A DNA stretch of 64,000 nt. It comes from a virus. Lineage: Duplodnaviria > Caudoviricetes. Made by a program: the position numbers and the translations under genes. This document shows, one piece after another, positions 29,989-41,189 of the stretch. The DNA is taken from the IMG/VR virus record IMGVR_UViG_3300042275_000518, positions 1 through 64,000 of that record; one strand, 5' to 3'. A model generated the notes under the pieces. The model searched no databases, was not told where the DNA came from, and was given only the letters and a program-made list of their open reading frames with translations. Each line of letters begins with the position of its first letter. The first letter of the stretch is position 1.

Positions 29989-32900
29989 TTATTCTTCCAT
30001 AATTTCTTTAATACGTTTCCCTACTTCAATAAGGACTTTATTACCGTATAACATTGAATATATATCACCAGTCATACGCGAGATAACACCTGTTGGAGTC
30101 AGAATAGCTTCAACATGTTCATCTTGACGATACTCACTAATTGGCGATTCATCAATTGACACAACTTTTGCGATAACAGCTTTTAACGCTGTGTTAAATG
30201 TGAGTTTGTCTCCGGCCGTCATAAGATCTTCGTACTCCACAAAAACCTCAATCATAACACCGTCGTATTTTTCCTGACCGACTTTCTCACCCTTTTGTTG
30301 CTCAAGTGGTGGAATATGTACACTGTCAGTTTTAATATCGCCAAGTGCTGACTTTCTCTTTTGAATCTTACCTTTATATTTCTTAATAAGTTTAACAAGA
30401 CTGTCGCTTAATTCAGTTAACGGCTTGTTATAGTATATCTTAATATCGACAATTTCACCTGTATATTTAGCTTTGATTTGCTCATTACCAACAGTATCAG
30501 CAACGTCGCTACCAAAAGTTCTACTTAAATCCGCTAAGAATTCAGCAGTTGCAGGGTCTGCAAAACTTGTTGTAAAGTCAAGTAAACTATCACCAGTCTT
30601 AACTTTTTGACCAACTTCTGCAATATTATGAATAATAGTGTTCGGTCCAAGAGCAATTTGTTTTTGCATCGTCACCCTACTCTTAGCTTTTTTAGAAAGA
30701 GACTCTGAAATAACAGTTGAATCTTCATAAGAAAGGTCAATAGGTGAGATAGCAATTTTAGCGAGTGTTCCTGGTTTATAATCTATATCTTTTCCTTTTC
30801 CATTAAAGAAACTTGGGTTATATGCAATTGCATCACCTTTTCTAAATTTCTCACCTTCACTGAAAGCGATAAGGAATTTTTGTTTGATATAGAAACCACT
30901 ATTTGAGTTCTTAACAAGTGTTTCGGCTAAATTAATTGCATCTTTCTTGCCACTTACATACGTAAGCAGAGCAAGTTTATTTTCAGTATCGATTTTTTCT
31001 ATGATCCCGTCTTCTTTTGCTTTGAACACAAAATCATCTGAAATCATGAAAGCCATTGTCTTATTTACACCTGAACCTATAAGTTGCTTGTGTGTAGTTT
31101 CAACTGGCATTGTGTGTTTGGTCTGCAGTTTTGTTCAGTATAAGTCGTTAATTTATACCCGTCTTAAAAAGACTGCTTATATTCTCATATAAGACCAGAC
31201 TATATCATCACCTTTTAAGGTGTCTCGCGCTGTCCCTACGTTTTTAGGGCGCCTAGTCGTTGAACTTTTCTAATATATTTTTGATTATTTTATTTATATT
31301 TTTCTTATCAGTATAAGGGATTCTAATAAGATTTATATTATTTCTTTGACAGTACTCATTTTTTCTACTATCATTCTCTTGCTGAATTAAAAGAGCTTTT
31401 TCTTTTTCTTCCTGGGTACCTTTTAAAGGAAAGGTTGGAATAAAATGAGCTTCCCCATCATATTCAATAAGAAATTTTAATCTATTTTCCTTATCAAATA
31501 TTGCAAAATCAAATTCAAGTATAGCTGTATTATTTTTTATTTCATAAATCTCTAAATGTGTACTCTCTTGAGAATGTTATATTACTTTTAAGAAGAATTT
31601 CTTTTATCTTTCTTTCTTCTCTGGATTCATAGCAATTAGGACACCTTGTTCCAGTATTTAAAAAATGGCCAGGAAGAACGTAATATTCATTTCCGCATTT
31701 GTTATGTCTTAATTTAACTTTTTCTTTACTATTTTTATATTCAGATAATAATGTATATTCATTACCTACAATATCAAATATTTCTTGTTTAAAAATATCT
31801 GTTGTTTTTAAAAAGTGTCTATGTTTTGAACAAAAAGGGCATCTATTTTTGCTACTTAAAAAATGGTCTGGTGTTACCGAATATATATTACCACAAGTTT
31901 TATGTAGAATTTCTATTTTTGTTTTAACATTTTTATAATCTTCTTCCTTGGTTAATACTAGATATTCATTATTACCAGAATCATGTATATCTGTTATAAC
32001 ATTAGTATAACTTCTTTTTGCTGGCATAGTTTCACCCCCTTAATTTTCAATTTTCCCTTATATTTAATACTATAATATATTAGACTTAGCTGCGGATCGT
32101 CCAATCTTTAACCTTTTTACTATATATGGGCTGCAATTAACAGCTTAAGTTAGTAGTTAAAGCTCTAAGGAGTTTCCCGCAATTCACGAGATTTTAAATC
32201 TCCCAGTTTGTTAAGAGATTTGCATCGCCTGCATTAATTTTCTTCAGCTAAATTCGTTAAATTTAACCCGCTTTCGCTGCTGCATATTTCTATGCAGATG
32301 AGACTATATCTTCATCTTTCGATGCCTTCCGCTTCCACTCACTTGAGTGTACTCTCTCTCGAGATAGTCGTTGAACCTTCATCTCACTGAGATGCTTGGC
32401 TGCTGATTGCCCAATCTTTCAGATTTTCAAACCTTCACGATTACCTTTGCAGGTTGCGTTGTGGTTCTGAAAGCTTAAGGGTGTTCCAGCAATTAAAAAG
32501 GTTTATACCGCGCCAGACAATTTTAACGCGGTGGATCAGCCATTGTACTTGTAAAGCTTGAAATCATTTCAGCAGGGCTTAGAATATTTGTTGGTTCTAA
32601 CGCAGCTTTATTGTCAATATCCGGAACATAACCACGAATTGAGTTAAGTTTTGGATTATATGATAAGCCACGAGTTACCCCTGAATTTGGCCCAAATGGT
32701 GTTGCATTACCTGCAACTATTCCAACCATTGAGTCGTCATAAGCTCGAAGTTCTAGTGTATATGCACTTCCAAGATTTATTCCACGGAATCCCTTGGCAC
32801 TTACAGCTGCAATTTGTTCCATTTCTAACACAGGGTTAAGTGTTGAATGGTCATTAACATTTGGCTCTGTCAACAATCTACTTACAAGTATTTCACGAGG

Positions 32901-35486
32901 AATATCTAGACTTTCGACATTACGTCCATTTAGTTTACCTCTTTGATATCTAACATAAGCATCTGCTAATATTTGATACATCATTGCATTAACAATTTCA
33001 TTTCCACGAACACGGAAGTTTCTAATGTCATTTTGTGGACGATAACTGTTATTTGTCAACATTGTATTTGCTAATAATAACAAATCAATTGGGTCAGTTG
33101 GAAGTTTAAGATCTTTCAGAACTTCTTTTGTGATTGGGTCGATCATAACATTCAAGTTAATACGCAATGTATTTCGAATATAAATTGGTTGGTCTAGTTT
33201 TTCAATAAAGTAGTCTGTATATGGACCATCTGTATCGAAGTCAGCAAATTCATAAGTTTCAGTTCCCATTGTATAAAGAATATTTAACAATAGTGTATTC
33301 TTAATTGTATCTTCATAGTACAAGAACTTGTCTTTAAATTCAACCTCAACATAATTTGGATCTTTCTTTAATCTTGTTGGACTAAGTTTATATTTCACAT
33401 TATATCGTTTAAGAATATCTGTGATTCCATTCATTAAACCAACAACGACAAAGATTGGATAAGTTTCACCAAGAATTTTCATCTTAGAATAGATATAACT
33501 CTTACCAATTGTTGGAAGAGATTCATTCTTAGTTTTCCCAAGTATATTTTCATAGATGAATTCAAATAAACCTTCGGCTAGTTGGCCTCCGCCCTGATTT
33601 GGAATATACTCATAAACTTTCTTATCTTCTAAATATAATAATCCATTCTTGATTTTATTTAAACCGATTGGTGTCATATTTTCATTGAAGAAAGCATCAT
33701 CAATATCCATCATATCGATCTCTTCTTTTAATTCTTTTCTATTGAAAATAATTTCATATTTTGGATTTGAGATTCTGCTTAGGCTATCAGCAAGTTCTTC
33801 ATACTCGAAGTCACTTGTAAAACCAGCGTTAACAATTGAATTAGATCCAAACTCAATTTCTATATTTTCATTTTTGATATCTTTTAGCGTTTTTAATAAA
33901 TAAGCATTCTTTCTTGAAAGTTTACCATTAGTTCTTTCAATTGTGATTTTATTATAATTGGTTGTAATTTCAACACGATCTTGCTTAGTTTTAACAATTG
34001 GCAAACGAACTAATTGCTTAGTCATTACTTTCTTATTACCACCAAGGTAGAAGTATCTTTTATCAACAATTTTTGGAATATCTAATGCAAATGAAAGAGT
34101 TTTTCCTTCATCTGTTTTGAATCTTACAAAGATAGTTTCTACTTGTTTAAAATCATCGCTCGTATCTTCAATTTTAAAACTATCAATTGTTAGTGGAAGA
34201 TAGTATGAACTCGAAAATCCAGCCAATATATTCATCATATCTTTCTTGAATTGTTTCTTGTTATATTCTTCATCTAGACTTGAAAGTTTACTTTCTTTAA
34301 CACGCTCATCAACGCCTTCAACTTCAAATCTGTCAGCTTCGATTATATCTTCACCAGCATCTAAATCTTCAATACTACCAACGACTTCAACCTCTTTTTC
34401 AAGGTTTTTAGATAATTGTGCTAGTCTCTCAGCCGCAGCTTTTTTAGTTTCAACATATCTGATCGCTTTTACTTTAACTTCTTGATCGTTTTCTATTTCA
34501 CTAACAAGTTCAGAGAATGGTTTATCAAGATTAAGTGGGTTTTCAAGATATTTATCGATTTTTCTATCAATTGCTAACATGATATCTTGCTCATCTTTAT
34601 TAGCTGCCTCAAAGTCAGTTAAATTATCTGCTTTAATTTTCTTAGCCATTTTTGATAAGACAAGTTGTTTAATTTCTTCTTTTGTATTTTCTATTTCATC
34701 CTCATCAGATAGATCAACAGCATCTGCTGTCACATCGTCAAGAGCATCTGTTCCATTATTGAAATTATTCAAACGGTTGATTCTACTGAACATAATTGTA
34801 TAATCTTTTTCTGGATCAAATTTCTTCATATCTAATGGATAGAGCGCATCTGCGTTTGGATTATAGAAAATAATTAGATCAAATTTCTTATATAAATCAT
34901 AATCTAAACTATTTCTCTTAATGCCACGTAGGAATAATAATAACGGATTAATAGTATCATAATCTGTTAGAACTCCTGCTTTAAAGGCTGGAATATAATC
35001 AACCATTGGAAAGATGAGATATTTCTTTTCATATTGAACTTCTTCCATTTTTTCATTAAGAAGATCTTCAAAATATCCGTATAAATATTTTTGTAGTAAT
35101 ACACCCGATTTCATTCTTCCTGCTAATTTTGCAGTTTGAGCATATTCAGGAACTGTATTGTATATCATGTTTAATCCGTTATAGATATTTGGATTGATTT
35201 TTCCAATTTTAATCTTTCCATTTGTTTTTGCTTTAACATCTGTATAGTATTCTTTTTGATTTAATCTCATTGGTTTTCTTCCCATAGGACGAATTATACG
35301 AGGAATAAAAATACTCATCATTTGTTGTGGACGGAACAGTTTACTTGTAATAACAGCTTCTAGTGCAGTGTTATTATCTGCTCCGATTAATACTAAGTTT
35401 TGATGAGTTTTTCTCGTTGTCTCAAAATTTAGAGTACGATTCTTCACGATTCGTTCTAAGTTAAGTTTGCTTGGAGATACTAACAT
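29989..35486 (-). CDS. Multisubunit RNA polymerase beta subunit (probably virion RNAP), spliced join(35486-32526, 32231-32214, 31125-29989), 1371 aa
   Basis: Splicing restores DPPR-QAMQIS-QTKH (beta DxxRxxMxxxQ motif); also YEDS, GDKLT..KAVI, GVISRM; late promoter at 35514-35525. Confidence 0.9.
31126..32213 (-). ncRNA. Group I intron 2 (1088 nt) carrying a homing endonuclease gene
   Basis: 5' splice UCU|UAA, terminal G; P AATTGCGGGAA, Q GATCCGCAG, R TTCAACGACTA, S ATGATATAGTCT; P1 AATCTCT/GGGAGATT. Confidence 0.92.
31253..32027 (-). pseudogene. Intron-encoded zinc-ribbon + DUF559-like homing endonuclease, interrupted by TGA and a +1 frameshift near 31533-31544
   Basis: N-half has H..CG/RCP.C repeats; +1 frame continues NNTAILEFDFAIFD..LIEYDGEAHF..NLIRIPY and ends in TAG within the intron R element. 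Confidence 0.75.
32232..32525 (-). ncRNA. Group I intron 1 (294 nt, ORF-less, IA-type)
   Basis: 5' splice after U (CGU|UAA), terminal G; P AATTGCTGGAA, Q AATCAGCAG, R TTCAACGACTA, S AAGATATAGTCT; P1 ACCGCGT/GCGCGGT. Confidence 0.92.
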
Positions 35487-35574
35487 ATTATCACTCCTTT
35501 AAATTTCTTCATATAAATAATTGTTCAGTATAGAAAAATAACTTAGAATTATAAAAAAAATCTAGAATAATTAT

Positions 35575-36000
35575 CTAGATTTTTACTAATTCTTTTTCTT
35601 TTTTATTATTTTGCTTTACTATTTTATTACCTTTTTTAGTATTGCATCTTTCACACATAGTTTGCAGATTATCCAAATCGTCAGTTCCTCCTAATGATTT
35701 TGGAAATATATGATCTTTTGTCATCAATCTCTCTGAACCATTTGGTGCTATACCGTACAGATTAAGATGGTAAGGATCTTTTGGACTTGTTCTTTCCTTT
35801 GCAAAATAAACACCTTTTATCCCACAATTTACACATTCTAAATTTTTTACAAATGTTTTGTATCTGAGGCTTGATGCTTTCATCCTGTCACCATCTAGTT
35901 TAAAGTGACCTTGGAAATTTAATCGGCTTAAAATAGAAAATATTTTTTCTAATGAGTAAACTTGTTTTCTTTCATAGTGATTCTTTTTCTTCTTTTTCAT
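35575..36000 (-). CDS. HNH endonuclease
   Basis: CVNCG...TKDHIFPKSLGG..NLQTMCERCN; early promoter at 36025-36033. Confidence 0.8.
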   Translation of the reverse strand: MKKKKKNHYERKQVYSLEKIFSILSRLNFQGHFKLDGDRMKASSLRYKTFVKNLECVNCGIKGVYFAKERTSPKDPYHLNLYGIAPNGSERLMTKDHIFPKSLGGTDDLDNLQTMCERCNTKKGNKIVKQNNKKEKELVKI

Positions 36001-36075
36001 AATTAAACTCTCCTTTTCTATATTTATAATATATAAATATAAAAAGACAAGTAACAAAAAAGAATAACCCTAAGG

Positions 36076-37050
36076 TTATTCTTCTGTCCATTCATTATTA
36101 TCAAAATTTTCGACTATGGTTTGTACAATTGGGTGTCTTACAATGTCACTAGTTTCGAATTCTAAAATACCAACATTCTTAACATCTTTAAGTGTTTCAA
36201 TGGCTTGCCTCAAACCAGATTTAACATTACGAGGTAAATCAACCTGAGTTATATCACCTGTAATAACCATTTTACTTCCAAAGCCTAATCTTGTTAAAAA
36301 TAGTTTCATTTGACCTTTGGTTGTATTTTGCGCTTCGTCTAGAATTATAAATGCGTCATCGAGAGTTCTACCTCTCATATAAGCAAGTGGTGCAACTTCA
36401 ACTTTACCATCTTCAATTAGTTTTTCAATTTCAACTGGTGTGAAGATTTCTTGCAATCCATCATATAAAGGTCTTAAATATGGATCAACTTTTTCCATCA
36501 TATCGCCTGGAAGAAATCCAAGTTTCTCTTCAGCTTCTACAATTGGCCTTGTTAATATAAGTCTTTTAATTTGATTTGTTTTTAGGAGATAAGCCGCCCT
36601 AACTATTGGAATAAAAGTTTTACCAGTTCCAGCTGGACCAATTCCAAACACAACATCATTATTCTCAATTAACTCAAAATATTTCTTTTGATTCATTGAT
36701 TTAACGTATATTCCATTTTGTCGACTTTTTGCTATTTGTGTCTTATTTATATAAATATCTATAATGTCCCTGCAACTCTTACTTTCTGCACATTGCTTAA
36801 AGACATATATGATATCTCGTTCTCTTAGTATATTATTATTTGCTGCGATTTCTATTAATGCTTTCATTACCTTCTCAATTTTTTCTACTGCAATTGAGTC
36901 TTCATTTAATTTTACATTTACATATTCTCCTTTTGTAAATATCTTAGTTTTGGTCAATGTTTCTAATACTTCTTTATTAGAATCACCTGGCCCCATCACA
37001 TTCCTAAAATTCTCTGAATTTTCAAACTTAATATTTAATTTCTCAGTCAT
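36076..37050 (-). CDS. phoH: PhoH-family ATPase
   Basis: GPAGTGKT, LGFLPGD, YMRGRTL, ILDEAQN, TGDITQVD, VRHP. Confidence 0.95.
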   Translation of the reverse strand: MTEKLNIKFENSENFRNVMGPGDSNKEVLETLTKTKIFTKGEYVNVKLNEDSIAVEKIEKVMKALIEIAANNNILRERDIIYVFKQCAESKSCRDIIDIYINKTQIAKSRQNGIYVKSMNQKKYFELIENNDVVFGIGPAGTGKTFIPIVRAAYLLKTNQIKRLILTRPIVEAEEKLGFLPGDMMEKVDPYLRPLYDGLQEIFTPVEIEKLIEDGKVEVAPLAYMRGRTLDDAFIILDEAQNTTKGQMKLFLTRLGFGSKMVITGDITQVDLPRNVKSGLRQAIETLKDVKNVGILEFETSDIVRHPIVQTIVENFDNNEWTEE

Positions 37051-37146
37051 ACATTCACCCTTTCTTATTAAGTATAATAAATTGTTAACTATAATTAGAA
37101 AGTATTAAAAATCTAAGAAAAAAAAAGAAACCCGAAGGTTTCTTTA

Positions 37147-37737
37147 TTATTTATTCATTACATATTTGATTAAATTAATTAAATCGCCTTTACGAATTCC
37201 ATTAGGAATTGGTATATTGTAGCGATTTGTTGCAAATTCTTCTAACTCTGCAACTGTCATTGATTGTAAATCAATTTCTTCTACTTCAACTTCAACTGGT
37301 TTTTCACCAACTAAGATTTCTTCAAAGTATTCAGACAATAAATGATAGTTACGTTGAGTTCCATAAATATTCTTTTTAAGAATTGCCATGGCAATACCTT
37401 TTTCAAGGTCGTATACTTCGCCTTCTGCGGCTGTAACACGAGTTTTCGTACCATCATCCCAAGTAATTTCAGTCATTGGTGGTTGAGAGAAAATCCTTAC
37501 AGGTTTTTCAAACCAGCAGAACATATCATTAATCTTTTCAGATTTTTCGATAAATGCTTGTCTTTCAACATCGATGGAAAGTAAATCATCTTGTAACTCT
37601 CCTGCTTTTCTATGGACTTTGCTTCTTAATCGTCTAACTTCTGAGTTATAGATATTTTCAAGCTTTTCCATTTCTTTTTGAACTAATTGTTCTTTTCTCT
37701 CAAATTGAGCCACAATTTTTTGTTGCCGTCTATCCAT
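37147..37737 (-). CDS. Hypothetical phage protein with C-terminal SAP/Rho-N-like helix pair
   Basis: ITWDDGTKTRV..YDLEKGIAMAI phage motif; LQSMTVAELEEFA..RKGDLI. Confidence 0.5.
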   Translation of the reverse strand: MDRRQQKIVAQFERKEQLVQKEMEKLENIYNSEVRRLRSKVHRKAGELQDDLLSIDVERQAFIEKSEKINDMFCWFEKPVRIFSQPPMTEITWDDGTKTRVTAAEGEVYDLEKGIAMAILKKNIYGTQRNYHLLSEYFEEILVGEKPVEVEVEEIDLQSMTVAELEEFATNRYNIPIPNGIRKGDLINLIKYVMNK

Positions 37738-38282
37738 TATTTTTCCTCCTTTTTAAATTGGTCTTCCCAAATTTTTTCTTCATATTTTGTAGTATCAAAT
37801 GCTTCTTCTTCTTCTGGATTTAACCAATGGTAATACTTATCACCTGTGAATTTGTTGCTTCCGAATACTGCAATATTTCCATTTGTACTAAGAGTATAAC
37901 TCTCAATAACAATATCTTCTTTGACATTATGCCAATCTGAACCTTGTAATCTTTTCATATATCCTCCTTAAAAATAACATTTTTCTTCCTTCTTTTGTAT
38001 CTGTATTCCAAAAGACTCTAATGCTTCTATAGTTTGATCTCTTTCCATACCTTCCATAAAATATATCATCCGATCATCATACTCCGGAAGTAAATCGCTA
38101 TCCTCTAATGCCTCTGCGAAATCTGGATAGTTTTCATAGAATTTATCTATATCGTCATCATCGTTTGCATCTTTGCAAAAATACGTTATTATTTCTTCAT
38201 TAATTTTAAAATAAACAAAACCACAGTCTTTAATAAAGACTGCAGTAATATTACTAAAATTATTTCTTGATAGATTATACAT
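37737..38282 (-). CDS. Two small hypothetical proteins (37737-37958, 37968-38282)
   Basis: Translationally coupled ORFs with RBSs. Confidence 0.55.
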
Positions 38283-39400
38283 TATTTGTCATCTTCTTCT
38301 AGTAAGAACTCTGGATTAATTACCTTAAATGAAGTTTTATAATCAAATGTTCTTAACACAAGACCTTCACGTTTTTGTTCTGGTCTAACAACAGATTGCC
38401 CCTTACTAAACTCAACTAATTCTTTAATAGTTGCTGGTAAAGTATAGTCTGCTTCAATTAATGGAACTACTAATAGTTCACCAAAAGCTGCTTTCAGTCT
38501 TTCTGTTATCAATTGTTCCATGTCACTATAATTAAGTTTAACATTATCTATGATAACGTTAAAGATAAATAATTTTAGTTCATCAAATTTGTATTTATTT
38601 CCTTGAACTCCTGGTCCACAAATTTCACCTTGAATTACAACTCTTTTAGCTTTATATAAGTTCTTAATTGCTTTCAACACCTTTTCAAGATTGTATTTAT
38701 GAAATACTTTTGCATAATTTGAGTCACCAGCAATTGGAACACTAAGATTTCTACTGCACACACCATAATGATTTTTATCATCGATATATGCTGTACAACT
38801 TTGTCCATCTAGTTTCTCAGTTACAAATACTTTTGATTTGCTTTCTAAAAGTTCATTGAATACTCTAACGATATTTTGAACTCTTGTCTCATCTGTCTTT
38901 GAAATCCAACCTGGAAATGCTGTTTGTTTGAACTTTTTCTTGCGCATTTCTCTATACCATTTAAATCGCATTAAGAATTTTCCTAATCTTGATTTTGGTT
39001 TAGGGATATGAACTTCACGCTCAATTTCAGCTTCTGGGTCATATTTCATAATTCCTAACTCTTTAGTAACGTCATCACCAAGTTTGTATTTCTTACCATT
39101 TAAAATGCTCAATGGAAGAACTAGACCTTGTGAGATTTGCTTTCTGAGTTTAATTGTTCTGACTCTGAATTTTCTGTCTCTTAGAAACTCAAATTCGGGT
39201 CTATCTGGGACAATACTGTCAATTTCGATGTATACAACAAGGTCTCCCACGTTTATATTTTCATCTTTTTTGACAACACATTCCCAACCATCAACCATAA
39301 CCATTTCAATTCTGTCAGCACCTTCAATTGGATGCTTAGCAGCAATTTCACGAATGGTCGCTAATTTTCTTTCTGATTTAATAAATTTTGGATTTGCCAT
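38282..39400 (-). CDS. RNA ligase, Rnl2-like with N-terminal OB fold (DRB0094 family)
   Basis: HPIEGADRIE, VYIEIDS, ISQGL, KTDETRVQN, EKLDG, QGEICGPGVQGN, REGLV, SFKVIN. Confidence 0.9.
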   Translation of the reverse strand: MANPKFIKSERKLATIREIAAKHPIEGADRIEMVMVDGWECVVKKDENINVGDLVVYIEIDSIVPDRPEFEFLRDRKFRVRTIKLRKQISQGLVLPLSILNGKKYKLGDDVTKELGIMKYDPEAEIEREVHIPKPKSRLGKFLMRFKWYREMRKKKFKQTAFPGWISKTDETRVQNIVRVFNELLESKSKVFVTEKLDGQSCTAYIDDKNHYGVCSRNLSVPIAGDSNYAKVFHKYNLEKVLKAIKNLYKAKRVVIQGEICGPGVQGNKYKFDELKLFIFNVIIDNVKLNYSDMEQLITERLKAAFGELLVVPLIEADYTLPATIKELVEFSKGQSVVRPEQKREGLVLRTFDYKTSFKVINPEFLLEEDDK

Positions 39401-39415
39401 ATTTAATACTCCTCT

Positions 39416-40308
39416 CTATCTTAATTTCATCAATGTCATAACTTCAACGATATTTTCTTCTGCGTACTTAATGATTTCTTCCATTACTTTCTCTGGAATA
39501 TAAGTTGGTTCAATTTCAATTTCTTCATACTCAACTCTATATCCAGATTTATCTTCGATACCAATTGATATCAAATCAACTGGGTCGTCTTTCCGCAACT
39601 TATAACTTAGATTATAGTATTGTACTTCAAGAAAATCTTCTCTTTTTAATAATGATAACATTTTCTCAGGAGTATGGTCTTTATAAAAATTGAATTCCAA
39701 TCTCATAATTATTCTTCCAATTTTTTTAACAGTAATAAGTCTGGAACTATGTCATCATATTTGCAATGGATTTCTTCTTCATACTTTTCAATCCAATCTA
39801 AAACAGTTTCTCTTGACCATCTACTTTGATTTGTAACTATTTCTAACATTTTTTCAGACTCTTCTGTACCTGTTCTAAGTTTATAAATAATATCAAGTTG
39901 TGAATCTTCTCTTAATCTTGATAGCCTTAACTTAATAGATGATGTGATTCTTCTTTTTGAAGAAGCATCATCCGTAGACATTTCGAATCTTGAATCCTCT
40001 ACTACTAATGTTTTGCTAAGATATGTGTTGCTAAATATCTCACTGTCTAGTCCTTCTAAAACAACTATATCGTATGTAAGAAACATAAATTCTTTTGTTA
40101 ACGCCTCTGGAATTCTAATTTCTAGGTCTATTCCATATCTTCCATCACTTGATATTGAAAAATTTTTTAACTCATCTAGTTTTAGTGTAAATATCTGAAC
40201 CCTGTCCTCAAATTTTTCTCTTACTGCCATTTCTGAATCCATATGTGGTATAATCATCCTTCCTGGTTGTGTTATTTTTATTATAGGTCTTTTATTGTTA
40301 TTGCTCAT
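39416..40308 (-). CDS. Two hypothetical proteins (39416-39706, 39709-40308)
   Basis: Tightly packed minus-strand ORFs. Confidence 0.55.
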
Positions 40309-40855
40309 CTTTTCTCACCAAAAGTGTATGTGTTTTCAGTATAGTTTCAAATAACAATAACTCTGAATTTATAAGATAGTCAAATGGAATTTCAGCAAAA
40401 TGTGTTTTGTCTCCATAGATTCTCTTATCTCTGACTTCAATTGGGTCTCCTCGTTTTTCAAAACGTTCAAGTAACGTATAGTCGTTCTCTTCCATTTTGA
40501 TTACAATTATTTCGAATTGGTCTGCCATTTTCTCTTTAACTTGTCTTAAACCATTTGGTTCAATAATTGCGATATTGACCTTTTCAGTATTAAACGCAGC
40601 TTTTGCTAAACCATAATAATTTCCATTATAAAAGACATGCTCAACTAATTCGTCATTAGCTAACATCTCTTCAAATCGTTCACGGGTAATGAAATTATAA
40701 TCAATTCCTGGTATTTCTCCTGGTCTTGAATCTCTACTTGTCACACTGACTGCCTCGTGAATTTGGTCTCCATATAAATCTTGAATCTTTCGAACCATTG
40801 TTGTTTTTCCAACACAGCTCCTACCAAATAATATGATTAGTAAATTTTTCTCCAT
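40298..40855 (-). CDS. gmk: Guanylate kinase-like protein
   Basis: GRSCVGKTT, SVTSRDSRPGEIPGIDYNF, GNYYG. Confidence 0.85.
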   Translation of the reverse strand: MEKNLLIILFGRSCVGKTTMVRKIQDLYGDQIHEAVSVTSRDSRPGEIPGIDYNFITRERFEEMLANDELVEHVFYNGNYYGLAKAAFNTEKVNIAIIEPNGLRQVKEKMADQFEIIVIKMEENDYTLLERFEKRGDPIEVRDKRIYGDKTHFAEIPFDYLINSELLLFETILKTHTLLVRKDEQ

Positions 40856-40883
40856 GTTCTTTCTCCTTCTTGTCTAATCTGTT

Positions 40884-41020
40884 GTGTCATACATTAAAGT
40901 AAATAGTGCGTTCAGGAAGCTCAGAGAGTAGCTAAGTTCTCTGAGCTTCACGTTTAGCCATTTAAGAGTTCCTGTTTTTAAGATGATATATTAGCGAATC
41001 ACTAATAGTATCTATGACAC
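40884..41020 (-). ncRNA. Retron-like (msr-msd) unit 3
   Basis: GTGTCATA-G...G-TATGACAC terminal IR; TATTAGTG-ATT-CGCTAATA hairpin; 12-bp GAAGCTCAGAGA/TCTCTGAGCTTC hairpin. Confidence 0.6.
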
Positions 41021-41026
41021 TTTAAT

Positions 41027-41188
41027 ATCTTTTATACATTAGTAATAATAGAGAGAATCGGGCTATCATAAATGTTTATTTTTCTTGACGGAAAATAAAA
41101 TTTAGGTGTGCCGGATTCACGGTATATTATATTAATTTGTATTTCCCAATTTTTAGTCTAGCGTAACACTAGAATTTCTATAAAAGAT
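41027..41188 (-). ncRNA. Retron-like (msr-msd) unit 2
   Basis: ATCTTTTATA-G...G-TATAAAAGAT terminal IR; TCTAGTG-TTA-CGCTAGA hairpin; long imperfect hairpin capped by CCGTCAAGA. Confidence 0.6.
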
Positions 41189-41189
41189 T

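Noticed and set aside
31111-32522. Natural two-gene split or intein in RNAP beta
   Set aside because: Complete group I intron cores and exact restoration of the conserved motif explain the gap.
41123-41131. Plus-strand TATATTATA inside retron-like unit 2 as a promoter or promoter decoy
   Set aside because: An all-AT 9-mer is plausible by chance, there is no downstream plus-strand gene, and it is absent from the other units.
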